Of a stretch of DNA of 64,000 nucleotides, positions 53,008 to 61,170 are shown piece after piece; the first letter of the stretch is position 1, and each line of letters opens with the position of its first letter. The stretch spans positions 1,886 to 65,885 of the forward strand of contig CAMHPQ010000003.1 in the NCBI GenBank assembly GCA_946187035.1, in the 5' to 3' direction. The stretch comes from an uncultured Clostridia bacterium. GTDB taxonomy: Bacteria; Bacillota; Clostridia; Oscillospirales; Oscillospiraceae. Made by a program: the position numbers and the translations under genes. Below the pieces are notes generated by a model that ran no database searches, was not told where the DNA came from, and saw only the letters and a list, made by a program, of their open reading frames with translations.

Positions 53008-53262
53008 CAAGGAGTCCTCCTTTTGTTCGATCTTTGGAGCAGAAAAGCCGCTCCTTCCATTGAAAGAGAATAGCATGAAGCGGCCCAATCTACAGTGCAG
53101 TATGGAATTATTAAACAAAATTCAGAAATTTTTTCTGAATTGTCATTATTTTTCCTAAATTTTCCAACAAAGATTCGTTTTTCGCCTCGTTGAAATGTCG
53201 AAAAAAGAATTGCCGCCGGCGGCAGTTTGTAGTATGCTATAAAAAAACAGGAGGCAATTGTC

Positions 53263-53685
53263 ATGAAACGGAAAAGTGTATTGATCGCGGCCCTCGCGCT
53301 GCTGCTCGCGGTGCTGCTGGCGGGATGCGGGGCGTCCGAATTCGGCATGAACATCAACACCGGGAAGCGGATGGTCATTGAGGCGGAGAACGCCGACAAG
53401 GATGCGTTTTTCACCGTCGGCACCCTCAATGTGGAGGAAGGAGAGCAGATCACCATCACCTCCCTGCTGGAAAAGGGCTCCGTGAAGGTGGAGATCCTCG
53501 CCGCCCCGGAGGGAGAAAACGCAGACGCCCTGCCCGATCCGGACGGGGAAGTGATCATTACGGCAAACCTCAAGCCCGGCGAAAACGCCTCCGGCACGGT
53601 TGAGGCCGGGAGCTACCTGCTGCGGGCCACCTGTCTGGAGAAGGCCACCGGCACCGTGCAGATCGAGGTCGTCCCGGCGGAGTGA
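53263..53685 (+). CDS. Small lipoprotein (140 aa)
   Basis: Lipobox MKRKSVLIAALALLLAVLLAGCGAS. AGGAGG RBS. Confidence 0.75.
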   Translation: MKRKSVLIAALALLLAVLLAGCGASEFGMNINTGKRMVIEAENADKDAFFTVGTLNVEEGEQITITSLLEKGSVKVEILAAPEGENADALPDPDGEVIITANLKPGENASGTVEAGSYLLRATCLEKATGTVQIEVVPAE

Positions 53686-53703
53686 CATTTTCGTTCGTTC
53701 CTT

Positions 53704-53780
53704 GTAGGGCGGGGACCTGTGCCCCGCCGTATGGGAATTGCTGTATTGTAAAAGCGGCGGGGCACAGGTCCCCGCCCTAC
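53704..53780. repeat. GC-rich palindromic REP-like element, family A, copy 2
   Basis: GTAGGGCGGGGACCTGTGCCCCGCCG and CGGCGGGGCACAGGTCCCCGCCCTAC form the inverted repeat. The arms are identical to copy 1 and the loop differs. Confidence 0.8.
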
Positions 53781-53844
53781 AAACAGACGCCAATTTGAAC
53801 TGCATAGAAAAAGCACGACGCAGCAAATACGTCGTGCTTTTGTT

Positions 53845-55344
53845 TTATAGTTTCAGCAATTCCTGGCGGTCCGTCTTGCCGTTGGCGTTTCTGGGGAGGG
53901 CCGGGAGCTTCACCAGTCGATCCGGCAGCATGTAGTTGGGAAGCCGCCGCTCCAGCTGGGCGCGGAGGTCGTTTTCCTCGGCGCTACCCTCGAAATACAG
54001 GATCAGCCGCTCCCGCTTGGGCTGGAACACGCAGGCGCACTCCTCCACCCCGTCCAGGGCGTTGGCCGCGGTCTCGATCTCCCCCAGCTCAATGCGGTAG
54101 CCCATGCGCTTGATCTGGAAGTCCCTTCTGGAGACGTAGATCAGCTGACCGTTCTCATCGGTATAGACCAGATCCCCGGTGCGGTAGATCCGATCCGGGT
54201 ACCGGTCGTGGAGCGGGTTTTGCACAAAGGCGTCGCCGGTGCGCTTCGGGTCGTTGTAGTAGCCCAGAGCCAGGCAGCTTCCGCGCAGGCAGAGCTCTCC
54301 GGTCTCCCCCGGCGCCGCCTCCCTGCCGTCCTCGGTGATGACCAGGGCTTCGGAGTTGCCCACGGCGGTTCCGATGGGCAGGGGCTCGTCGGCGGGCTCG
54401 CTGCCGTCGCGCACATAGGCGGTGCAGACAAAGGTCTCCGTGGGGCCGTAGAGGTTGCCGTAGACCGCCTCCGGCAGGTGCTCCACCCAGTAGTCCAGCT
54501 GCTTTCTGGGCAGCACCTCTCCGGCGAAGAGGATGACGCGCAGAAACTCCGGCTTTGCCGCCCGGAAGGTGCGCAGCCGGGACACGATGCTCATGGCCGA
54601 GGGCACCCAGAGGAAGGTGGTCACGTGCCGCTCGTTGAGATACTCCACCAGCTTCACCGGGAAGGAGAACAGGTGGGGCGGGATGATCTCCATCCTGGCG
54701 CCGAAGTAGGCCGCGCCGTAGATGTCGTGGGTGGAGATGTCGAAGTACAGCGGGGCCTGGTTGCCGAAGACGTCCTCCGGGCCCAGGTCGAACCGCTCCT
54801 CCAGCCAGTGCAGATACTGGATCAGCACCCGATGGGGCAGCAGGACCCCCTTGGGGATGCCCGTGGAGCCGCTGGTGAAGAGCACGTAGGCGGGGTCGTT
54901 TTCCGTCACATGGCGTTGGATCTCCTCCAGCGCGGCGACGTCCGGCTCCGTCCCCAGCAGATCTTCAAAGAGCAGCACCTCTGCCCCGTCTGCGACGCTT
55001 TTCGCGTTCTCCAGAAGGCCCGGCGACGTGACAATCGCCCGGGGCTGCAGCACCTGCAGGATCAGCCGAATGCGCTCCAAGGGCATCTCCCCGTCGATGG
55101 GGCAATAGAAGCAGCCGCTGTACAGCACGCCGTAGTAGGCCGCCACGCAGTCGGCGCTCTTCTCCAGATACACCGCCACCGGGGCCTTGACCGCACCCAG
55201 CCCATTGGAGAGCGCGGTACCGATGCTCCGCCCGGCGGCGCGCATTTCTCTATAGGTGTAGCCGTGGTTCACATCGGCGTAGGCGGTCTTCTCCGGAAAT
55301 TTCTCGGCAGACCGCTCCAGAAACACAAGCAGACTGTTTTCCAT
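53845..55344 (-). CDS. dltA: D-alanine--carrier protein ligase-like adenylating enzyme (DltA family)
   Basis: Motifs YVLFTSGSTGIPKGV, NQAPLYFDISTHDIY, FAGEVLP, YGPTE, YRTGD and DFQIKRMGYRIELGEIE. Size is about 500 aa. Confidence 0.75.
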   Translation of the reverse strand: MENSLLVFLERSAEKFPEKTAYADVNHGYTYREMRAAGRSIGTALSNGLGAVKAPVAVYLEKSADCVAAYYGVLYSGCFYCPIDGEMPLERIRLILQVLQPRAIVTSPGLLENAKSVADGAEVLLFEDLLGTEPDVAALEEIQRHVTENDPAYVLFTSGSTGIPKGVLLPHRVLIQYLHWLEERFDLGPEDVFGNQAPLYFDISTHDIYGAAYFGARMEIIPPHLFSFPVKLVEYLNERHVTTFLWVPSAMSIVSRLRTFRAAKPEFLRVILFAGEVLPRKQLDYWVEHLPEAVYGNLYGPTETFVCTAYVRDGSEPADEPLPIGTAVGNSEALVITEDGREAAPGETGELCLRGSCLALGYYNDPKRTGDAFVQNPLHDRYPDRIYRTGDLVYTDENGQLIYVSRRDFQIKRMGYRIELGEIETAANALDGVEECACVFQPKRERLILYFEGSAEENDLRAQLERRLPNYMLPDRLVKLPALPRNANGKTDRQELLKL

Positions 55345-55348
55345 GCCG

Positions 55349-55570
55349 TTACCGCAGCGACTCGATCAGCGCCCAGATGCGCTCCACAGACTCGAAGTTC
55401 TCCGGCACGACCTTCTCCACCGGGATCTCCACGTCAAACTCGTCGGCGATCTCCCCGATGAGCATCATCATGTCAAAGGACTTTAAAATGCCGTCGGTGA
55501 CAAGGTGCTCCTGCCCGGCAAACTCCGCGTCCGGGCGAATGTCCTGAAGAATTTCCAACAATTGATCCAT
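55349..55570 (-). CDS. dltC: D-alanyl carrier protein-like small carrier protein
   Basis: 73-aa acidic protein with candidate phosphopantetheine Ser in DGILKSFDMMMLI. Flanked by DltA-like and DltD-like genes. Confidence 0.65.
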   Translation of the reverse strand: MDQLLEILQDIRPDAEFAGQEHLVTDGILKSFDMMMLIGEIADEFDVEIPVEKVVPENFESVERIWALIESLR

Positions 55571-55588
55571 GTTGTCTCCTGCTTTCTG

Positions 55589-56578
55589 TTAGGAATTGGC
55601 CGCTGAAAACACCAGCATGCCGAAGATTCGGGAGAAGCCCTTGGCGCTCTCCCCGTTCATATGGCCGTCCCAGTCCACATAGAAGATGCTGTCGTGGGAC
55701 CACAGGTCGTAATACTCACGGTTGAAGTTGAAAAACTCCACGTCCCGCGCTTTGAAATACTCCGCAAACCAGACCCAGGCCCCGTCCCAGTTGGCGTCAG
55801 ACTTGAGGGTCTGCTCCGGCAGCGGCATGACGGAGACCACCAGGCGAATGTCGTTCTCTTTGCAGAGATCGATGAGCTTATCCAGATACTCCAGATTCCG
55901 CGGGGCGATCTGATCCGGGTCGAAAGCCACGGGGTCATAGGCGGGGAAGTCCTTTTCCGCCACCACGTATTTTTCGATCATGCCGTTTTCGTGATATGCC
56001 TGCACGCTGCCCTTCAGATGCTCCACACTGTAGTCCCGGTGGAGCTTCAGACGCAGGTTCTCCCCCACGTGGGGCAGAGTCTGGTTCAGGGTGTATTCGT
56101 AAAACGGGAACAGCAGCGCCCGGAAGTCGCAGTCCGGCAGGGTCGCGGCGAAATAGCTGAGCTTGGCGCGGCTCATGGGAAACTCGTGGTAAAACAGCAG
56201 ATAGTTGTTGCCGGGCTCCTTCTCGGTCATGAGATAGCCGGGGTCCAGCTCAAAGACGATCTGGCTGGGGTGCTGCTTTTCCATGGCCAGCTTCGCCAGG
56301 AAATAGGCGTCCACCGGGTATTCCCCTCCGACGCAGGCGTTGTGACCGGTGAGGCCGGTGTGCTCCAGCATGCTGTCCGGGTCCAAATCCATCTTGCCGT
56401 TGGAGGTGCCGAGGATCAGCACGTCCCGCTGCTCGGTGGCCAGCACGTGGACGTCGTTTCGCATGAAAGTGCAGGGGTAGAGCAGCAGATCCAGCGCCCA
56501 GAACAGCAGGCCTGCCAGCACCAGCGCGATGACAAATCTGCGCGCGCCGCGGCGAAATTGAAGGTTAAAACTGTGCAT
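55589..56578 (-). CDS. DltD-like / SGNH-like membrane-anchored acyltransferase
   Basis: N-terminal TM helix. Candidate Ser block VLILGTSNG. C-terminal YVDWDGHMN (DxxH-like) block. Overlaps the MBOAT gene by 14 nt. Confidence 0.55.
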   Translation of the reverse strand: MHSFNLQFRRGARRFVIALVLAGLLFWALDLLLYPCTFMRNDVHVLATEQRDVLILGTSNGKMDLDPDSMLEHTGLTGHNACVGGEYPVDAYFLAKLAMEKQHPSQIVFELDPGYLMTEKEPGNNYLLFYHEFPMSRAKLSYFAATLPDCDFRALLFPFYEYTLNQTLPHVGENLRLKLHRDYSVEHLKGSVQAYHENGMIEKYVVAEKDFPAYDPVAFDPDQIAPRNLEYLDKLIDLCKENDIRLVVSVMPLPEQTLKSDANWDGAWVWFAEYFKARDVEFFNFNREYYDLWSHDSIFYVDWDGHMNGESAKGFSRIFGMLVFSAANS

Positions 56579-58085
56579 AGATAAACCCCCTTGCCGCGCT
56601 TGCAGGGCCCAGAAGCGGCACGCTGACGATCAGCGCCAGAATCACCGCCGTCTGCACCAGCCAGTGCATCCGCTCCGGCTCTCGCTGAAGCTTTCCCTTA
56701 TCCTGCAGCAGATCCACCACAAACCAGATGGCCACGCCGACGCAGAGGGTCAGCAGCGCATAGGGCGTGTAGCGCAGCCCCGCGCCCGCCGCCGGGATCG
56801 CGAGAAACTCCGCCGGCGCAAAGTGCGTCAGCGAGAGGCCGATCATGTGCATCGCCTCTTTCAGAGAGGCGGCGCAGTCGAAATACCAGCTCAGCTGGAT
56901 CAGGGCGAAGGTGCGCAGGATCGTGAACAGCCGCCATCCCCTGCTCTCGCTGCGGATGTGCAGCCGGGTCTTGGCATTCTCGTAAAATCCGCCCAGCAGG
57001 TTGCTGGAGGCGATGATGACGCCGTTGTAGAGACCCCAGCCGATGTTGGCCCAGGTGGGACCGTGCCACAGGCCCACCAGAAAGAACACGATCAGGTTGG
57101 ACAGGCACAGGGGCAGCAGCCGCCCGATCTTCTTTCCGAACCGGGCCTTGCTCTTCTTACCCACATTGCGCATGAACCGGGACATGCTCAGGGGGAAGAA
57201 CACATAGTCCTTCATCCAGGTGCCCAGGGTGATGTGCCACCGCTGCCAGAACTCCGTCAGGGAGCCGGAGAAAAAGGGCTGCCGGAAGTTCTCGTCCAGC
57301 CGCACGCCGAACAGCAGCGAGATGCCGATGGCCAGGTCGATGCCGCCGGCGAAGTTGCCGTAGAGCTCCACGGTGTAGAGCAGCACGCCGAAGATGGCGA
57401 TGCCGCTGTACTGCTCCGGCGACGCGAAGATCGCCTCCCGGAACACGCCCGCCCAGTCGGCCAGCACCATTTTCAAAAACAGGCCCCAGGCGATGCGCCA
57501 CATGCCCCGGCGCAGGTTGTCCCAGTCCAAATCGTGGCCCTCCAGCAGCTGCGGCGCCAGACGGTCATACCGCCCGATGGGCCCCTGGATCAGCTGCGGG
57601 AAGAAGGACACAAAAAGGGCCAGACGCAGGAGATTGGTCTGCGCCTGGGTGCGTTTCCAGTACACGTCCAGCAGATAGCCCACGGTCTGGAAGGTATAGT
57701 AGGAGATGCCCAGCGGCAGCAGCAGCTTCAAAATCGGGATGGACGCCCCGGAGAGCGCCGCCACGTTCTGCAGCAGGAAGTTCAGATACTTCAGCACCGC
57801 CAGGATGCCGAAATCCGCCAGCATGCCCAGAATCAGCACCCGGCGGCAGCGGGGTCTGGCCGCAGCCTCGTCCGTGGAGCGCTGGATGGTGTCCATCCTG
57901 CGGGCGCAGAAATAGGTGATCAGGATGCTGGCAAGAAGAAAGACGCCCGCCCGCAGATCGCTCCAGAGATAGAAGGCCACGCTGGCGCAGAGCAGCACAA
58001 GCCACTGTGCCCGGCGGGGCGTCAGGTAGTAGACTACCAGTACCGCCGCCAGGCAGAGCAGAAATCGAATGGAGGTCAATCCCAT
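56565..58085 (-). CDS. dltB: MBOAT family O-acyltransferase (DltB/AlgI-like)
   Basis: Multi-TM. Motifs FWQRWHITLGTWMKDYVFFPL and LVGLWHG (conserved His). Confidence 0.8.
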   Translation of the reverse strand: MGLTSIRFLLCLAAVLVVYYLTPRRAQWLVLLCASVAFYLWSDLRAGVFLLASILITYFCARRMDTIQRSTDEAAARPRCRRVLILGMLADFGILAVLKYLNFLLQNVAALSGASIPILKLLLPLGISYYTFQTVGYLLDVYWKRTQAQTNLLRLALFVSFFPQLIQGPIGRYDRLAPQLLEGHDLDWDNLRRGMWRIAWGLFLKMVLADWAGVFREAIFASPEQYSGIAIFGVLLYTVELYGNFAGGIDLAIGISLLFGVRLDENFRQPFFSGSLTEFWQRWHITLGTWMKDYVFFPLSMSRFMRNVGKKSKARFGKKIGRLLPLCLSNLIVFFLVGLWHGPTWANIGWGLYNGVIIASSNLLGGFYENAKTRLHIRSESRGWRLFTILRTFALIQLSWYFDCAASLKEAMHMIGLSLTHFAPAEFLAIPAAGAGLRYTPYALLTLCVGVAIWFVVDLLQDKGKLQREPERMHWLVQTAVILALIVSVPLLGPASAARGFIYAQF

Positions 58086-58810
58086 GTCAGACCGTCGTCC
58101 ACGCAGCCGTCGTCCGGCTCATCGGCAGGGGCGGGCTGAGACTGCTGTTGCTGCTGGGCCTGGCGTGCGGCCTCCGCAGCGGCGGCCTGCTGGCGTGCGG
58201 CCTCTTCCGCCGCAGCCTGCTGACGGGCAGCCTCTTCCTCGGCGGCGGCCTGCTCCGCCGCCAGATCCCGGGCGGCCTGCTCGGCGTCATGGGTGTTCAC
58301 ATTCTCTTTGGTGGAGACGGAGGTGTAGACCAGATAGGCCAGATCCTCCTGGAGCCGGATCTCGCAGGCCTCGGCGTCGTCCATGGGGAAGGCGTGGAGC
58401 TCCTGGGTGGTGCCGTCCTTGAGGGTGAGGACCACTTTATACTCCGGCGTGGTCACCGGGTCGTCGGCCTTGGCCTCGGCCTCCAGGGCCTTCACGGCGG
58501 CCTCGGTGTCATACCAGAGGACGCGGGTCTCCCCGTTTGCGAAGGTCTCGCCCCCAGGGAGCAGGTTCTCGTTTTCCGCTGCTTCACCGAAGGTGACGGC
58601 GAAGCCGGTGATGTCCTGACCGGTCAGGTTGGTGATTTTCAGATGGCGGACGGATTCGCCCTGGGTCTCTTTGCCGATCAGCTTCAGGGGCGCTTCCGTC
58701 TCCTGAACCTCGGGCTCTACGGAGCCGGTCTCGGTCTCCTGGGCGCCGCAGGCGGCCAGCGCAAACAGCATGGCGGCCAGCAGCACAGCCGCCAGAATCT
58801 TATTCTTCAT
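58076..58810 (-). CDS. Lipoprotein with an Ala/Glu/Gln-rich low-complexity tail
   Basis: Lipobox MKNKILAAVLLAAMLFALAACGAQE. The C-terminal tail contains EQAAAEEEAARQQAAAEEAARQQAAAAEAARQAQQQQQ. Overlaps the MBOAT start by 10 nt. Confidence 0.75.
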   Translation of the reverse strand: MKNKILAAVLLAAMLFALAACGAQETETGSVEPEVQETEAPLKLIGKETQGESVRHLKITNLTGQDITGFAVTFGEAAENENLLPGGETFANGETRVLWYDTEAAVKALEAEAKADDPVTTPEYKVVLTLKDGTTQELHAFPMDDAEACEIRLQEDLAYLVYTSVSTKENVNTHDAEQAARDLAAEQAAAEEEAARQQAAAEEAARQQAAAAEAARQAQQQQQSQPAPADEPDDGCVDDGLTWD

Positions 58811-58826
58811 GGATGGTTCTCCTCTG

Positions 58827-60284
58827 TCAGTTGATGCGGCCATAGTCCATGTACATCCACGTGCCGGACTGGCCGTAGTGGATCATATAGCCGTTGGACC
58901 CGGTGGCGTACTGGAAATCCGGATCGAACACATAGGTGGTGCCGTCGATGACGATCTCCACCCAGGAGTGGGTGACTCTGCCGCCGCCCCGCTGGGGGAC
59001 GTAGCCGAAGACCTGATGGGCGTCGTAGCCCAGGTCGATGGCCATGGTGTAGAAGGTGGCGGCGTAGACGTAGCAGTCGCCGCAGTGGTGGGTGAAGCCG
59101 TAGTTGGCCAGCACCTCGCTGCCGGCGGAGATGTCGATGTTGTCGTGGTAGTAGCTCATGCCCACGGACCAGAGGAACGCGGACTTCAGATCCCAGCCCA
59201 CCTCGTTGAGCACCGAAGCCGCCTGGGCGTAGGGCACCTGCCAGGCGCTCTTGTCGAAGATGGCGCAGCTCTTTTTCTCACAGCGCTGCAGCATGGTGAC
59301 GATCTGGGCGCGGGTGCAGATCATGCTCGGGGAGAAGGTGTTGGCGCCGGTGCCGTTGGTGATGCCCATCTTCACGGCCCAGCGGACGGGAACGTCATAA
59401 TAGCTCCCCACCGGCACATCTTTAAAACCGCTCTTGTCGGTGCACTTCTGCCGCTGGCAGCGCCAGAGCATGGTGATGATGTCGGCGCGGGTGCACTTGG
59501 CATAGGGGGCGAAGGTGGTGCTGGAGGTGCCCATGACGATCTCGTTCTGGCTGGCCCACTTCACCGCGTCGGCATACCAGCTGTCTTTCTCAACGTCCGT
59601 GAACACCAGCTTGCCGGAGACCTTCGGGCTGCCGTTGATCCGGTAGAGGAAGGTGACGGCCTGGGCGCGGGTGCACTCCAGATTCGGGGCGAACTGCGCG
59701 TCGGACACGCCCTGGGTGACGTCGTTGTCCATGGCCCAGTAGACCGCGTCTTTATAATAAGCGTCCTCGGCCACGTCGGAAAATCGCACCGTCACTTCGC
59801 AGGCGGCGGAGAGCTCCCCGGCCTCCACGGTGATGACCGTCTTGCCCGGCTTCAGACCGGTGACGACGCCCTCTTCGTCCACCGAAGCGATCTCCGGCTC
59901 GGAGGAAGTCCACTTGAGCTCCGGCAGCGGGTAGGCGTTCTCCGGAACAAACGCGACCTTCAGTGTGAAGATCTCGGTGGCCGGGAGCAGAAGTTCCTTC
60001 TGCAGCTCCAGACCGGTCAATTCAACCGGCTCCGGGGTCGCGGTGAGCTCGGGCGATTCCGCGGGCTCCGCGGTTTCAGCGGGCGCAGCCGTCTCTTCCG
60101 GAGCAGCGGTCTCCTCGGGCGCCGCAGACTCCTCCGGTTCTGCGGTCTCCACGGGGGCGGTCTCCTCCGGCTCCGTGGTCTCGGCAGGCTCCGTGGGGTC
60201 GGTTTCCACTGCCAGCGCCGGCTCCACCGCCAGCGAGAGTAGCATCAACACCGCCAGAAAGCATGTAATCCAACGTTTTTTCAA
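58827..60284 (-). CDS. Secreted Big_2 + 3x SLH + transglutaminase-like cysteine peptidase domain protein
   Basis: The probable TTG start at 60284 lies 7 nt after AAAGGGGA and gives MKKRWITCFLAVLMLLSLAVEPALA. SLH repeats are present. The C-terminus has CGDCYVYAATF, THSWVEI and FDPDF. Confidence 0.75.
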   Translation of the reverse strand: MKKRWITCFLAVLMLLSLAVEPALAVETDPTEPAETTEPEETAPVETAEPEESAAPEETAAPEETAAPAETAEPAESPELTATPEPVELTGLELQKELLLPATEIFTLKVAFVPENAYPLPELKWTSSEPEIASVDEEGVVTGLKPGKTVITVEAGELSAACEVTVRFSDVAEDAYYKDAVYWAMDNDVTQGVSDAQFAPNLECTRAQAVTFLYRINGSPKVSGKLVFTDVEKDSWYADAVKWASQNEIVMGTSSTTFAPYAKCTRADIITMLWRCQRQKCTDKSGFKDVPVGSYYDVPVRWAVKMGITNGTGANTFSPSMICTRAQIVTMLQRCEKKSCAIFDKSAWQVPYAQAASVLNEVGWDLKSAFLWSVGMSYYHDNIDISAGSEVLANYGFTHHCGDCYVYAATFYTMAIDLGYDAHQVFGYVPQRGGGRVTHSWVEIVIDGTTYVFDPDFQYATGSNGYMIHYGQSGTWMYMDYGRIN

Positions 60285-60509
60285 AATTGCTTCCCCTTTC
60301 TTCCAGGGGATGACCATGCACTCAGGGCGGCGATTTTTACCGATGACTGCATAATATCCCAGAATAGATTTAGAATAACGCACATCATTTTGTTTGTCAA
60401 TACTATGAGAAAACGGATTTATCTCCCGGAAACCGGGCGTTTTTCGTCGAGCGCCCGCAAAAGCGACACCCCCCGGTTTTCCGGAGGGTGCGGGGTATGA
60501 TAGGATGGT

Positions 60510-60899
60510 TCAGCCGTTCTCGGCCCCGGAGAGCAGCGCATAGCCGCCGAGGCCGTAGGAGGCCGCCTCTAAAGCGGCGGCGAAGCGCTTTTCCTCCACC
60601 GGCTGCTTGGTGCGGACGTCGGCCTCGTTCTTGCCGAGACTCACGATGCTCCAGACGCCGGGCATGCCGTTGAGGGCGTTTTCCACGTTGGCGGCGCAGT
60701 GGCTGCAGGTCATGCCCTCCACCTTCAGCCGGTAGCGGTAGGGATAGTGGGAGATGTCCGTGTCCTCCACCTTCTTCACCGGAACCGACTCCTTGGAGCC
60801 GCAGCAGCTGCTTTTGGCCTTGCCGCGGAACTTCTGGACGGTCTGCCAGACGGCGTAGACGATCAGCAGCGCGCCGACCGCGATGATCACTTTATCCAT
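60510..60899 (-). CDS. FeoB-associated Cys-rich membrane segment fused to a heavy-metal-associated (HMA) domain
   Basis: N-terminal TM helix followed by KFRGKAKSSCCGS. Then LKVEGMTCSHCAANVENALNGMPGV (GMTCxxC HMA motif). Confidence 0.7.
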   Translation of the reverse strand: MDKVIIAVGALLIVYAVWQTVQKFRGKAKSSCCGSKESVPVKKVEDTDISHYPYRYRLKVEGMTCSHCAANVENALNGMPGVWSIVSLGKNEADVRTKQPVEEKRFAAALEAASYGLGGYALLSGAENG

Positions 60900-60921
60900 A
60901 GCGTATCCTTTCCGAACCGAT

Positions 60922-60951
60922 CAAAAGAGACGGGGGATCCCCGCCTCTTTT
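60922..60951 (-). terminator. Terminator-like hairpin between the two small feo-associated genes
   Basis: AAAGAGACGGGG and CCCCGCCTCTTT form a hairpin with one mismatch. Confidence 0.5.
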
Positions 60952-60960
60952 GAAGGTGAT

Positions 60961-61134
60961 TTACTTGCCGCAGCTGTGGGCGGGCTTCGTGTGGACAGCG
61001 TGCTTCTCGCAGGAGCCTGCGTAGGGGCAGCCAACGCACTTGACGCCGCGCTTCTTCTCGCGGTAGATGTAGCGTCCCGCAAGGAAGATCACTGCCGCAA
61101 GAACAACAACGGCGATGATGGTAGCCAAATTCAC
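60961..61134 (-). CDS. FeoB-associated Cys-rich membrane protein (57 aa)
   Basis: Hand translation from the GTG at 61134 (GGAGGA RBS) gives VNLATIIAVVVLAAVIFLAGRYIYREKKRGVKCVGCPYAGSCEKHAVHTKPAHSCGK. It lies directly after feoB and is below the ORF-track cutoff. Confidence 0.75.
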   Translation of the reverse strand: MNLATIIAVVVLAAVIFLAGRYIYREKKRGVKCVGCPYAGSCEKHAVHTKPAHSCGK

Positions 61135-61170
61135 GGAAGTTCCTCCTTTCCGGGTCTTTCAGGGTTCGCT

